A DNA stretch of 64,000 nt from Minisyncoccota bacterium (GTDB lineage Bacteria; Patescibacteriota; Minisyncoccia; Phycocordibacterales; UBA5272). The stretch spans positions 416,342 through 480,341 of the forward strand of contig JAXLZS010000001.1 in the NCBI GenBank assembly GCA_046350775.1, read 5' to 3'. This document shows positions 39,504 to 50,164 of the stretch, in pieces; position 1 is the first letter of the stretch, and each line of letters begins with the position of its first letter. Below the pieces are notes generated by a model. That model made no database searches and was not told the DNA's origin. It saw only the letters and a program-made list of their open reading frames with translations. Position numbers and translations under genes: made by a program.

Positions 39504-40109
39504 ATGATCAGCTTATTGGCCGGTAAAGTAAAAAATATAAATGAAAAATCTTTGACCATAATGACTTTTGGTGGAGTAGGATACAAAGTCTTTACTCCTT
39601 TAAACACATTATTGTCATTGGAAGAAAATCAAGAAGTAGAAATGTTAATCTATACATCTATAAAAGAAGATGCTATGGACCTTTTTGGTTTTACAAATAA
39701 AAATGAATTATCATTATTTGAAAAATTGATCACAGTCTCAGGTATCGGACCAAAATCTGCCCTGACTATGCTATCAGTATCAAGTGTTGAACATATTGCT
39801 CTAGCTGTAGAAAATGGTGACGCCTCCCTCCTCTCCGGAATACCAGGAGTTGGTAGGAAAAGTTGTGAGAAAATAATAATCGAGCTAAAAGGTAAACTTT
39901 CACAATTTATAAAATCTAATAAAGATGAAAAAAATGCTGATCAGTATTTACAAGAAGAAAATGACGCTCGCCTCGCACTCACCTCTTTAGGGTACAACGA
40001 AAAGGACATAAATTCATCTATAAAAGAAATAAAAGATAAAATACCAGACAAATTTAAAAATATGAAAGCTAACGAAATAATAAAAGAAGCTTTAAAAAAT
40101 TTAAGATAA
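39504..40109 (+). CDS. ruvA: Holliday junction branch-migration protein RuvA
   Basis: MISLLAGKV...GVGYKVF OB domain and HhH motifs (LITVSGIGPKSALTMLS). Confidence 0.8.
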   Translation: MISLLAGKVKNINEKSLTIMTFGGVGYKVFTPLNTLLSLEENQEVEMLIYTSIKEDAMDLFGFTNKNELSLFEKLITVSGIGPKSALTMLSVSSVEHIALAVENGDASLLSGIPGVGRKSCEKIIIELKGKLSQFIKSNKDEKNADQYLQEENDARLALTSLGYNEKDINSSIKEIKDKIPDKFKNMKANEIIKEALKNLR

Positions 40110-40112
40110 ACT

Positions 40113-41012
40113 ATGCCAGAATTACCAGAAGTAGAAGCCTTACGACTCGGACTAGAGAAAAAGATAATAGGTAGCAAAATATTAGATTGTAAAATTTTAA
40201 AACCAAAAATAGTCTCAGGAAAAAGTACAAATCGAAAAGTTAAAAAAAATACAGTCTTAGATTTTATAGAAAATATAAAAAATAAAAAAATCTCAAAGAT
40301 TGAGAGAGTGGCAAAAAATCTAATAGTCGAATTGTCTGATAAAAGTGTATTAGTTATCCATCTAAAAATGACTGGCCAACTCGTCTTTGTTGGAAATAAA
40401 AAAGAAAAAGTCCTGGGAGGCCATCCGATAACTGATAGCTACATAAACTCTCTACCAAACAAACACACATGTATAATTTTTAAACTAGACAATGGTGAGC
40501 TTTTTTATAATGATGTACGCATGTTTGGCTATGTACTTTTTTATAAAAATCTAGATACAGCTAAAAATTCTGGGCACTTTTCCAAGATAGGGCTAGAGCC
40601 TTTTAGTAAAGATTTTACTCTCGCCTACTTTAAAAAAGAGATGAAAAATAAAAACAAAAATATTAAAAGCATACTCCTAGATCAATCTATAGTAAATGGT
40701 GCTGGGAATATTTATAGTGATGAGATTTGCTTTGCGTCCAAAGTTTTACCAAGTAGAATTTGTAAGACTTTAGACGATAAAGAGATGTCTGCTATTTATA
40801 AAAATACAAAAAAGATTTTAGATCTAGCCATCAAGCATGGCGGATCATCTATCTCAGACTATCTATTAGCTGACGGCAGTCGTGGAAATTATGCGAGACT
40901 TCACAAAGTCTACGGTAGATCTGGTAAGAAATGTTTAGTTTGTAAAAATATATTACAAAAAGAAAAAATTGCTGGCAGAACTACAGTCTTTTGCTCACAC
41001 TGCCAAAAATAA
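40113..41012 (+). CDS. mutM: formamidopyrimidine-DNA glycosylase
   Basis: N-terminal MPELPEVE and a C-terminal zinc finger CLVCKN...CSHCQK. Confidence 0.85.
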   Translation: MPELPEVEALRLGLEKKIIGSKILDCKILKPKIVSGKSTNRKVKKNTVLDFIENIKNKKISKIERVAKNLIVELSDKSVLVIHLKMTGQLVFVGNKKEKVLGGHPITDSYINSLPNKHTCIIFKLDNGELFYNDVRMFGYVLFYKNLDTAKNSGHFSKIGLEPFSKDFTLAYFKKEMKNKNKNIKSILLDQSIVNGAGNIYSDEICFASKVLPSRICKTLDDKEMSAIYKNTKKILDLAIKHGGSSISDYLLADGSRGNYARLHKVYGRSGKKCLVCKNILQKEKIAGRTTVFCSHCQK

Positions 41013-41014
41013 AA

Positions 41015-41293
41015 TTAATTTTGCACTTCTATCGTATTAGTTCCTGGACTGTTACTAAAAGTTTTTTTGTCTAAATTGTTTTTAATAGACCCGTCTATTT
41101 CTTTTGCTGTATCTATTGGAAGAATCTCTTTGACTCCTGTCTGGAGATCAATATTTGAGCCATTTATAGTATTAGTATCATAATCATACTTAACATATGG
41201 TTTTATAGACTCTGTTCTCTGTGGACCGCCAGTAAAATACCAAACCAACCATATCACCCAAAACCCAGCAAATATTTTCCAAAATGTAGACAT
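41015..41293 (-). CDS. hypothetical small membrane-anchored protein
   Basis: 92 aa with an N-terminal TM helix. Confidence 0.3.
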   Translation of the reverse strand: MSTFWKIFAGFWVIWLVWYFTGGPQRTESIKPYVKYDYDTNTINGSNIDLQTGVKEILPIDTAKEIDGSIKNNLDKKTFSNSPGTNTIEVQN

Positions 41294-41336
41294 GTTAGTT
41301 ATAACTTTATTTATAAAATTATAACATGAACTTTGT

Positions 41337-41409
41337 GCCCCCAGCAGGAATCGAACCTGCGACCTTCTGCTTAAAAGGCAGCTGCTCTACCGACTGAGCT
41401 ATAGGGGCA
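41337..41409 (-). tRNA. tRNA-Lys (UUU)
   Basis: Acceptor GCCCCTA/TGGGGGC, D-arm TAGCTCAGTCGGTAGAGC, anticodon loop CTTTTAA, T-arm GCAGG-TTCGATT-CCTGC. Confidence 0.8.
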
Positions 41410-41589
41410 AAAAATGTGTGAACTTTGCAGTGATATCCGCTCTTTAGATTTTCCTCGCTTCTGAGAAATTTCTGAGTCCACACATAGAAATATATGATAC
41501 CAAATTTTTCTAAAAAAGTCTATAAAAACAAAAAGAGCTAAAAGCTCCTTTTATTTTTAGAGATTGGTTTTTATATATTATTAAAGTAT

Positions 41590-41982
41590 TTATCTTCTTA
41601 TAAATGTAAATCCAAGATTGATTGACATTCCACCATTATATCCATACCCAGATGCATAGCCACCATAATAAGGATAAGAGTATGAGCCATAATTATATGG
41701 CTGAGAATATGAATAACAATTATAACTACAACCATAAGAATTATAACTGTTGTAATTATTATAACCACTTCCCCATGTTGTAGGATATGTAGTACCCCAA
41801 GTCACAGGATAAGATGTGCCCCAAGTAGTTGGATAGCTTGTGCCCCAAGTTGATCCATTACCATACCAATTATAAAGATCATTACAATATGAAGTGCCAT
41901 AACACATAGCACTGGCTTTTAAAGATGAGATTCCTACAAAAGCTACTGTAAATATAAACATTGTAAATAAAGCTTTTTTCAT
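41590..41982 (-). CDS. small secreted Tyr/Gly/Trp/Ser/Asn-rich repetitive protein
   Basis: Signal peptide, then a four-fold [TS]WGT[ST]YP[TV]T repeat and a YNSYN/YGYG low-complexity tail. Confidence 0.4.
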   Translation of the reverse strand: MKKALFTMFIFTVAFVGISSLKASAMCYGTSYCNDLYNWYGNGSTWGTSYPTTWGTSYPVTWGTTYPTTWGSGYNNYNSYNSYGCSYNCYSYSQPYNYGSYSYPYYGGYASGYGYNGGMSINLGFTFIRR

Positions 41983-42096
41983 ATATTTTTGACTAATAAT
42001 TTTAATAAAAACCTATTAATATATATATTATATTCCTTTATTTTAGACTTGTCAAGATATAAAATAGATTGTCTAATAACGTCTTATTAAATAAGA

Positions 42097-42825
42097 TTAA
42101 ATACTTAAAATAAACTTTTCTATTTCTCGCATGAGATTTGTCTCGCCATTGTTAGCTCTCATAGCCATAAGAGACAATTCAAAACCAAATTTTTCTAATT
42201 CTTCTTTACTATATCTTATTTCCCTGTCAGACAATCTCCAAATTTTAAAATAATTAAATTTGTTACCATCGATAGATGCAGACCAGATATTTTTCCATTT
42301 CCACCAGATAGCCCCATGAAGAGCTTGGGCCTCACTATCCCCCCATTCCAAATAAATCTTTTCCCATTCTTGCCAAGCTAGCTTTTTGTTTCTCTTTTCT
42401 ATCAATTCACAAAGATAAAAAGGCTCGATATCTTTTTCAATTTTTTCTTCTTTTGCGTCAAAAATATTTTTAAGCAAATCTTTCTTTTCCATATCTCGAT
42501 AAAGCTTTTGAAAAGATGGACCAGAAATAAAAGGCTCGTCTAAGATAAAAACATTTTCACTCTTTATAAAGTTTTCAAAATTATCATAAAAATATTCTCT
42601 AGACTCTTCTCTTCCAAAAAGATCTTCAATATTTATCAAAATCTTTTCTCCAAAAAGAGAAACCGATCCAAAATAATTTTGTAATAAAGTATAATTTTCT
42701 TTATTTATTTTTGGCACAGATAAAAGCTCTGCAAGATTTATCTTTTGCTTTTTTAAATCTTGCTCTATTTTAGATCTTGCATTTTCTCTTTTTTTAAAAT
42801 CAGTACCACAAATTATATAAAGCAT
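42097..42825 (-). CDS. DNA polymerase III delta subunit-like (HolA-like)
   Basis: N-terminal MLYIICGTDFKKRE resembles the HolA start. 242 aa, downstream of polA. Weak similarity only. Confidence 0.3.
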   Translation of the reverse strand: MLYIICGTDFKKRENARSKIEQDLKKQKINLAELLSVPKINKENYTLLQNYFGSVSLFGEKILINIEDLFGREESREYFYDNFENFIKSENVFILDEPFISGPSFQKLYRDMEKKDLLKNIFDAKEEKIEKDIEPFYLCELIEKRNKKLAWQEWEKIYLEWGDSEAQALHGAIWWKWKNIWSASIDGNKFNYFKIWRLSDREIRYSKEELEKFGFELSLMAMRANNGETNLMREIEKFILSI

Positions 42826-42829
42826 AATT

Positions 42830-45316
42830 TTATTTTAATTCATATAAATTATCACCTATCTTTGAATCACATCTTATTGAAACTTTTTCAATGGCTGTAT
42901 CAGATAAAAACATATCTTGCCAATCCTTATCGTGATATCTATTTGACAAGACACTTTCTAAAATATTTTTAATATTATCTTTTTCTTTATTTACTATTTC
43001 TTGATCAATTTCCAAAATCAATTCATCATGAATTTGAAGTAGTATCTTTATTTTATTTTCTAAATTATTTTTAGCAATATATTCATCTATATCTATCATG
43101 GCCAATTTTAATATGTCTGCTGTAGTACCTTGAATTGGAGCGTTGATAGCTATCCTTTCTCCTTGAGCAAGTAAGAATGGAAGCTTTGATTTTAGTAGTG
43201 GTATTTGTCTTCTTCTTTTTAAGATAGTCTCTGTGTAATTTTTACTTTTAGCTTCTACTTTTACTCTTTCAAGATAATCCATCAAAACAGAAAATGTCAC
43301 TTTGTATTGATCGTAAAATTCTTGAGCCTCTTTCCTTTCCACTCCCATAGAATCTTTTAATGCGGACACGCCCATACCATAAAGTATTCCAAAGTTTATA
43401 ACTTTAGCTTTTCTGCGCATATCACTTGTGACTTTATCTTCTTCGACATTAAATACTCTAGCAGCCACAGCGGTGTGTACATCATTACTACCAGATAATA
43501 TTTCTAGCAAATTTGGATCTTTTGATAATATTGCGGCACTACGAAGATCAATCTGAGAATAATCAAAAGAAATTAATTTAGTATTTTTTTCGGCAATAAA
43601 AGCTTTGCGCACCAAAAGCCCCTCTCCACTTTTAGCTGGAAGATTTTGCAAATTTGGATTTTCACTTGAAAATCTGCCAGTCGCTGCCCCTGTTTGTATA
43701 AAGTCAGAATGTATTTTTCCATCACTTTCTACAAAATCACCTAATGTGTCTATATATGTAGAAAGCAGTTTGCTTGTCTCGCGATATTCTAATATATCGC
43801 CGATTATTGGATGACTAGATTTTAATTTTTCCAGTTGGGCAGCATTGGTAGAAAGTGCTCCACCCGCAGTCTTTTTTATTTTCTGTCCAAGCTTTAATTT
43901 TTCATAGAGTATGACCCCTAACTGCTTTGGTGAAGAGATGTTAAATTCCTCTTCTGCATGCTCGTAGATTTTTTGCTCTACAGCCTTTAATTTTTCATGT
44001 AAATACTTGCTTTGCTCTAAAAGAATATCTTTATCAAGACGAATACCATTTAGCTTCATCTTTTTTAAGATTTTTATTATAGGCTCTTCGACTAATTCAT
44101 ACAATTTAAAAAGATTTTCTTTTTTAAGATTTTCAATTAAAATTTCTTCTGCTTCTTTTAAATTATTCGCTTCTGTGAAATCTAAAATAGTCTCAAGACT
44201 TGGATTAGTCAATTCGCTATTTAAAAGATTGACCATGACTTTTAATTTTAAAAATAAATCATTATCTGAAACAATTGCTTCTTTTGAAGTATTTTCTTGT
44301 ATTTCTTCTTCACCTTTTTCATTGAGATCAAGGCCTCCGATATTTAAATCTTGATTATTGTTTTCTTTTCCACTTTCATTTTTTCTAAAAATATTTTTAA
44401 AACTTCTAAATTCAAACTCTTGGCAGATTTTCACAAATTCTGTATCATCAAAATTTTCTAACCACTCTTTTTTTGGTAATTTAAAATTAATCGGAGCATC
44501 TTTTATGATGGTCGCTATAGTTTTTGAAAAGAGAGCCTCTTCTTCTCCTTCTATTATTAAATTAATTATTCTATCTGTGATCTTATTTTCTTTTTTCGAT
44601 TTACAGATTTTTATAAATTCTTCTTTGTCTTTATGTATAATCTCATACATTTTTTCAATGCTTCCAAAAAGATTTATAAGTACAGTGGCTGTCTTTTCGC
44701 CGATACCCTTTATACCGACAATATTATCAGATGAGTCACCCCTTAGACCTTTGTAGTCAGGTATCTGATCTGGAGTAAAACCATATCTTTTTATCACATC
44801 TTCATATTTATACACTATTGTCTCTCCAAGACCTTTTTTGAGGGTATAAACTTTTACATGATTACCTTTGTCTATGAGCTGCATAGTATCCATATCTCCA
44901 GAAGCGATGAAAACTTCTAACTCATCATCACCTATAGTAAAATTTTCTTTTGTCAGTTCTTCTACTATTGTGCCTAAAAGATCATCGGCCTCATAGCCAG
45001 CTAGAGAATAAACTGGAATATTGAGAGCCTCACAGATTTTTGGTGCCAATACTATCTGAGAAATAAGATCATCATCTGACTTTGCTCTGTGAGCTTTATA
45101 ATTTTCATAAGCTTCATGACGAAATGTCGCCTCTTTTCTATCAAAGCAGGCTATGACATAGTCTGGCTTTAATTCTTCTTTTATCTTTAGTATCATTTTC
45201 ACAAAACCAAAAAGTGCGCCAGTCGGTCTACCATCATAAGTAGAAAAACCTACCATAGCATGATAAGCTCTATGGAGTAATGCGTGTGAATCTAGCAAGA
45301 CCAATCTTTTCTTCAT
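42830..45316 (-). CDS. polA: DNA polymerase I (5'-3' exonuclease + polymerase domains)
   Basis: 5' nuclease N-terminus (LLDSHALLHRAYHA), polymerase motifs RRKAKVINFGILYGMG (motif B) and QIHDELILE (motif C). Confidence 0.85.
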   Translation of the reverse strand: MKKRLVLLDSHALLHRAYHAMVGFSTYDGRPTGALFGFVKMILKIKEELKPDYVIACFDRKEATFRHEAYENYKAHRAKSDDDLISQIVLAPKICEALNIPVYSLAGYEADDLLGTIVEELTKENFTIGDDELEVFIASGDMDTMQLIDKGNHVKVYTLKKGLGETIVYKYEDVIKRYGFTPDQIPDYKGLRGDSSDNIVGIKGIGEKTATVLINLFGSIEKMYEIIHKDKEEFIKICKSKKENKITDRIINLIIEGEEEALFSKTIATIIKDAPINFKLPKKEWLENFDDTEFVKICQEFEFRSFKNIFRKNESGKENNNQDLNIGGLDLNEKGEEEIQENTSKEAIVSDNDLFLKLKVMVNLLNSELTNPSLETILDFTEANNLKEAEEILIENLKKENLFKLYELVEEPIIKILKKMKLNGIRLDKDILLEQSKYLHEKLKAVEQKIYEHAEEEFNISSPKQLGVILYEKLKLGQKIKKTAGGALSTNAAQLEKLKSSHPIIGDILEYRETSKLLSTYIDTLGDFVESDGKIHSDFIQTGAATGRFSSENPNLQNLPAKSGEGLLVRKAFIAEKNTKLISFDYSQIDLRSAAILSKDPNLLEILSGSNDVHTAVAARVFNVEEDKVTSDMRRKAKVINFGILYGMGVSALKDSMGVERKEAQEFYDQYKVTFSVLMDYLERVKVEAKSKNYTETILKRRRQIPLLKSKLPFLLAQGERIAINAPIQGTTADILKLAMIDIDEYIAKNNLENKIKILLQIHDELILEIDQEIVNKEKDNIKNILESVLSNRYHDKDWQDMFLSDTAIEKVSIRCDSKIGDNLYELK

Positions 45317-45332
45317 GCTTATATTTTAGCAT

Positions 45333-45821
45333 TTATGAAAAATTTACAGAAATGTCTCTTTCCTCCTCATTTGCATGCTTAAAATCTATACTTATATCAG
45401 GGTTTAAATTATAATAAGATACAAATCTTTCTGGCCATTCTATCAAGATTACTTTATTTTTTTCTTGAAGCTCTTTGTCGAGCTCAAGTGCTGCGCCCTC
45501 TTCTATCTTTTCAAATCTGTATCCATCAATATGGATCAATTTACCATCAGCATAATCTTTTCTTAAAATAAAAGTTGGGGAAATAATTGTCTCACTAATA
45601 TCTAAAATCTTTGCTAAAGATTTTGTAAATGTTGTTTTACCTGCACCAAGATCTCCATTTAAAAATATCACACAAGCTCTATCTTGTCTTTTAAAAAAAG
45701 CAGAAATCAAATCAGATACTTCTCTGGCTACATTATCCAGATCTTCTAATTTTACATTTTTAAATTCTTTAATCATAAAAATATGATAACAAAAAAATAG
45801 TAAAAATAAAAACAATCTCAT
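45333..45821 (-). CDS. tsaE: tRNA t6A biosynthesis ATPase TsaE (YjeE)
   Basis: P-loop GDLGAGKTTFTK and SPTF motif. The real start is probably the internal Met (MIKEF). Confidence 0.7.
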   Translation of the reverse strand: MRLFLFLLFFCYHIFMIKEFKNVKLEDLDNVAREVSDLISAFFKRQDRACVIFLNGDLGAGKTTFTKSLAKILDISETIISPTFILRKDYADGKLIHIDGYRFEKIEEGAALELDKELQEKNKVILIEWPERFVSYYNLNPDISIDFKHANEEERDISVNFS

Positions 45822-45852
45822 ATTTTATGAGATTGTTTTTAAATTTTAATTT

Positions 45853-47682
45853 TTATGCTATGTGATGATGAATAGCATGCTCCTCTTTTTCTTTTTTTCT
45901 ATCTTTTATCCACTTGTTAATATTCATGACGAGGACAATTATAATCAAAATTATCGCAAATAATACCAACCAACCAAGCAATGTTTGTGGGAATAATATC
46001 GAAGCGAGAGATGATGACTTACCATTTGAATCTGTGCTCTTTGTACCATCAGCACTGACTACATTTGCCACCATGTATGAAGACACTTCATCTTTAACTA
46101 CTGTAGATCCTGTCACAGGCAAATTGTAAGATACATAGACTGTAGTCATGATAGCTTTGCCGATCTGTGCGTCATTTGCGACTTTAGCAGGAAGAATAAA
46201 TGTCTTTACCTCTTTAGCATTCAGATTTCCAATTGGTACAGTCATGATATTTTCTTTTATTGTTATACCACCTGTTGTAGTAGCATCCACAAATGACATT
46301 TCTGTTGGTAATACTATCTTTTCTTCTACACCGGTCACGGCTGTATCTGCATTATTTGTGATAGTAATCCTATAATTTACAATTTTTCCTTGTACCAGAT
46401 CTGGATTATTTCTTTCTATATTTATAGAGATAAGTTTACCACCAGAGTTGATAGTGTCTGCTACCAAGACTGTCCTAGCTACCGCTAATGATCCATCAGA
46501 ACAGACAAACTCTGTTTTAGTTTTTGGCTTTACTGTAGGCTTTTTAGTTGGAGTAGCGTAGACGACTTTTTTATCCTTAATAGTAGTAAAAGATACTATT
46601 TTTCCTTTGTATGTACCATCAGCATTAGACATCACAGCTCTACAATAATAAGTAGTGCCCGGCTTTAATCCTGTGATGAGATTTGAAAAATTAGAAGTCT
46701 CATCTGATCCAATATTAGCTGAATTTGTAGTATTTCCAAGGTTTACTGTAGTACCGTACTCAAACCATCCAACAGAAGACATTTTGCTTGATATTAAAGC
46801 TGTACCATTACAGACGGCTGATGTTGCGCCTACTTGAGTAGCGAGATTTGTCACTACAGAGTGAGTCCTAATCTCTACATTTTTTATTATGACAGTAGTG
46901 ATAGTCTTCACCGGACAAGTCTGAGAAACAGGTATAACTGTACCATTCCAGCAGGTCTGATATTGAGGAGGACATTGTTGATTAGCTAACACAGTTGCGC
47001 CATTCCAACATACTTGATACTGATTTGGACATGTCTGATTGATAGGAATAGATACTCCGTTTGGACAAGTTTGATATTGGATTTTACAAAGATTGTTGTA
47101 ATCTGATTGTGATAAATACCAATTTCCATTGTACGCACAGTAGAATTTTGGACAAGACTGGGTCATTGGTATCACGTCTCCATTTTGGCATGTCTGAGTT
47201 TGTACTGGACATTGAGATAAATTATATACCCATGTTCCATTCCAACATTGATATGATGGTTGCTGTGGTTGAGTTGGGTATGTTGGATAGTTGTAGATTG
47301 GATAATTATAAGATGGTTGAGTATATGTCGTAGGATAATTGTATACAGGCGTTATGTATGGTGTAGGAGTATAAGGCTGATAGGTCATTGTGCTTGATGT
47401 AGGGCACTCTGATTGAGAATATAAATATTGATGATATCCATCTGGACACCAATTATATTGAACTTGTTGCTGTGGTTGTGGTTGTTGAGTAGAAGGACAC
47501 TCTGATTGGCTATAGTAATACTGATGAACTCCGTCTGGACACCAATAAACACAGCTTGGACAATCGCCGTTTGTATTGTTCCAAGAATTATCCCATTGAG
47601 CAAAAGAATGCTTTATAAAATTTTGATTACTTGCAAACAAAACTATTGCTACTAAAATTATACCTAATAATATTTTTTTCAT
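45853..47682 (-). CDS. large secreted surface protein with Cys-bracketed repeats, an FN3-like domain and a C-terminal membrane anchor
   Basis: Signal peptide. About 6 repeats of C-x-NG-x2-[IV]P-x2-Q-x-CP (CQNGDVIPMTQSCP, CPNGVSIPINQTCP, CWNGATVLANQQCP, CWNGTVIPVSQTCP...), Y/P/T-rich linkers, an FN3-like GLKPGTTYYCRAV and a C-terminal TM followed by KDRKKEKEE. Confidence 0.45.
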   Translation of the reverse strand: MKKILLGIILVAIVLFASNQNFIKHSFAQWDNSWNNTNGDCPSCVYWCPDGVHQYYYSQSECPSTQQPQPQQQVQYNWCPDGYHQYLYSQSECPTSSTMTYQPYTPTPYITPVYNYPTTYTQPSYNYPIYNYPTYPTQPQQPSYQCWNGTWVYNLSQCPVQTQTCQNGDVIPMTQSCPKFYCAYNGNWYLSQSDYNNLCKIQYQTCPNGVSIPINQTCPNQYQVCWNGATVLANQQCPPQYQTCWNGTVIPVSQTCPVKTITTVIIKNVEIRTHSVVTNLATQVGATSAVCNGTALISSKMSSVGWFEYGTTVNLGNTTNSANIGSDETSNFSNLITGLKPGTTYYCRAVMSNADGTYKGKIVSFTTIKDKKVVYATPTKKPTVKPKTKTEFVCSDGSLAVARTVLVADTINSGGKLISINIERNNPDLVQGKIVNYRITITNNADTAVTGVEEKIVLPTEMSFVDATTTGGITIKENIMTVPIGNLNAKEVKTFILPAKVANDAQIGKAIMTTVYVSYNLPVTGSTVVKDEVSSYMVANVVSADGTKSTDSNGKSSSLASILFPQTLLGWLVLFAIILIIIVLVMNINKWIKDRKKEKEEHAIHHHIA

Positions 47683-47775
47683 ATTTTTAATAAAATAACC
47701 TTATAATAATTAAACTAATTATATATAGATATAAACATATTGTCAAGTTTATATCTACCTTTACCTATTTATTTT

Positions 47776-48993
47776 CTACCCATTATCGTAGGTAGAACCT
47801 GGGGTTGTATTAGGAGGACAAATTGTATGATTCACTACCCAAGGATTTACACATGGACCTGTAGCAACAATTCTTCCGTTGACGTCAACTATTACTAGGG
47901 TACCTTTTTTAATTATGACCAACCGTGCATATTCTAAACCATCTTTGACACTAAATTTTGAGACTACCAGATTATCAAATTTTAATTTTTCTAGTCTTTC
48001 TCCTGGCCTGAGAGGCATCCTCGTATCATAAGCATCTCTTCCTAACTCAATATTTCTCTGTCTCCAAAAAGAACTATTAACACCTTTAAACTCGTCTTTT
48101 ACTTCATGATATTTAAAAAATTTAGGACCCTTATTATAATTTTTCATAGCCAGAGTACTGTCAGCATTGCGTAATCTCCAAGCATCTTCCGCACTATAAA
48201 ATTCAAAATTATCAATCTTTGGTCCTGTGTATTCTGGCCCTCCATCTAGATTGTTTTTTTTATTTTCAGATTTTTTTTTATTTAAATCTTCAGTATATTT
48301 TAAATTAGGATCTTGAATCAACTTGCCATGTTCATCTACATAGATAGTATCTGGCGTGACGGCCACTTTGGCAGTGTCATATAGGGCTGTATTGTTTTTT
48401 TTATTTTCGGTTTCATTATTATCATGATTAAAATCTTTACTGTGATCGTTTTTGTATTTATCATAAGATATTTCAGTCTCGTGTCTATCCTTATGATCAC
48501 CTCCTTTAAAAGAGGACCATCCAGCAAAAAGTCCTAAAGATACTAATGCTGCCGTGACTGCTCTTCTCGCTTTAGTTGGCACATCTTCAAGATAAGCACG
48601 ATAACCCTTATGTACAACATTTATTTTTCGATTTCGAATTTGCTCTTCGTTGTTTCTTACAAACTGAACATGCTCTTTTGTTTTAATATGATCGTTTTTA
48701 TCTTTATGCTTTTTACTTCTTATAGCAACTAAAATTGCTACAGCTTTATCAATATTTTGTATTTCAAGATCTGTTGCCGCCAAAAGATTTGTATATTCTT
48801 TTATCTTTTGAGTGTCAGTCGTTGGCGTCTCTCTTAATTTGGCATTGATTTCATCCTTTGTCTTAATTAAATTCTGTTTTCTTTTTTCTTCTTTTTTTAT
48901 TCCTTTATCTATTTTAGAATATTCGCTACCTGATTTTTCAGCAGCCTTTTTCTCTCTTATTATATCTTTATGGAAAGCTTTAAATCTTGGCAT
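47776..48993 (-). CDS. hypothetical Lys-rich protein with one TM segment
   Basis: 405 aa with a central TM (VTAALVSLGLFAGW). Confidence 0.3.
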   Translation of the reverse strand: MPRFKAFHKDIIREKKAAEKSGSEYSKIDKGIKKEEKRKQNLIKTKDEINAKLRETPTTDTQKIKEYTNLLAATDLEIQNIDKAVAILVAIRSKKHKDKNDHIKTKEHVQFVRNNEEQIRNRKINVVHKGYRAYLEDVPTKARRAVTAALVSLGLFAGWSSFKGGDHKDRHETEISYDKYKNDHSKDFNHDNNETENKKNNTALYDTAKVAVTPDTIYVDEHGKLIQDPNLKYTEDLNKKKSENKKNNLDGGPEYTGPKIDNFEFYSAEDAWRLRNADSTLAMKNYNKGPKFFKYHEVKDEFKGVNSSFWRQRNIELGRDAYDTRMPLRPGERLEKLKFDNLVVSKFSVKDGLEYARLVIIKKGTLVIVDVNGRIVATGPCVNPWVVNHTICPPNTTPGSTYDNG

Positions 48994-49010
48994 GATATTA
49001 GATTTAAAAA

Positions 49011-50063
49011 TTAACTAACGCGTTTTTCCCAGCCACCAGATGCGGTTTTTCTATATCCATCTTTTATTTTACCTTGAGCATCTAAAGGTCTCTCGTTTGG
49101 TGTTATATAAAATGGTACCCATTTTTCATTATTTGTATCTCTTTCTATATTATTAGAATAATTTGAACCTAAAGGATCACCTTTTTTTCTTTTTATGTTA
49201 GTTTTTGTCTCGCCTGGCAGATTTGAATTATCAGAACTTACAGACCCAACCAACTTATACCAATTTTTATTTTGGTATTTATAATTAGATTTTACATTAC
49301 CATTAGTATCAGTAGGATGCTCGTCTGATGTTGGATAAAATATCTCATATTTTTTTCCATCTATTAATATAAATTTTTCATCTGTGTTTTTTTCTGTAAC
49401 ACTCTCTCCGACAACATGATACCAATTATTATTAAACAATCTGAATCCTGGTTTAATAGTTCCATCTGGATTTTTTGGGGCGACAGAGCCATGATATGGT
49501 TCATATTGTTTACCATCAAACTCAACAATATTACCAGACTTTTTCTCTTGTTTTTGATATGGTTGATTAATAACAGTATCTTGGCCATCATTATTATTAT
49601 CTTCAATATTATTTTGATCATTTTTATTCAAAACTTCATACGTGCCGCCTTCTTTAATTTTAATTTTTTTACCTTTATGATTAATACTTATCAGAGTGGC
49701 AGTATTATCTTTGTTTACAACAACACCTTTTGATTTTCCTTCCTTTTTCATAATAGATCCTATTGGCACATCTTCTACAGGACTGCTTTTTTGTGCATCC
49801 ACACCTTTCATTGATAACATAGCAATGGAGGCCGCTAAGGCTGGCTTTCCTATTTTTCTTAAATTGTCGGCAACTTCTGGTGTAGCTTTTTTTAGAAAGT
49901 TTTTTAAAGCTTCAAAAGCTGATTTAGATTTAGTTTTCAAAGCTTCTATTGAAGCTTTTATGATGTTTTCAGTTTGTTTTTTGGTTTCTAGTTTTTTATC
50001 AATACTTTCTGGTGAAGGAAAAAGATTTGGAGTTTTTTTATTAAGTTTTGAAAATAAAGACAT
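49011..50063 (-). CDS. secreted repeat protein, paralog 1 (three ~38-aa GKxYxP[FY]...KxG[FY]...NxW[YK] repeats)
   Basis: Repeats DGKQYEPYHGSVAPKNPDGTIKPGFRLFNNNWYHVVGES, DGKKYEIFYPTSDEHPTDTNGNVKSNYKYQNKNWYKLVGS and EKWVPFYITPNERPLDAQGKIKDGYRKTASGGWEKRVS. Confidence 0.45.
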   Translation of the reverse strand: MSLFSKLNKKTPNLFPSPESIDKKLETKKQTENIIKASIEALKTKSKSAFEALKNFLKKATPEVADNLRKIGKPALAASIAMLSMKGVDAQKSSPVEDVPIGSIMKKEGKSKGVVVNKDNTATLISINHKGKKIKIKEGGTYEVLNKNDQNNIEDNNNDGQDTVINQPYQKQEKKSGNIVEFDGKQYEPYHGSVAPKNPDGTIKPGFRLFNNNWYHVVGESVTEKNTDEKFILIDGKKYEIFYPTSDEHPTDTNGNVKSNYKYQNKNWYKLVGSVSSDNSNLPGETKTNIKRKKGDPLGSNYSNNIERDTNNEKWVPFYITPNERPLDAQGKIKDGYRKTASGGWEKRVS

Positions 50064-50164
50064 AGTTTATAATATTAAATAAAGTTTTTCTAATGAAAAT
50101 ATTATATCATGAAAAACAAAAAGCAACTCAAATCGAGTTGCTTTTTCCGATTGAAATCGGAATC

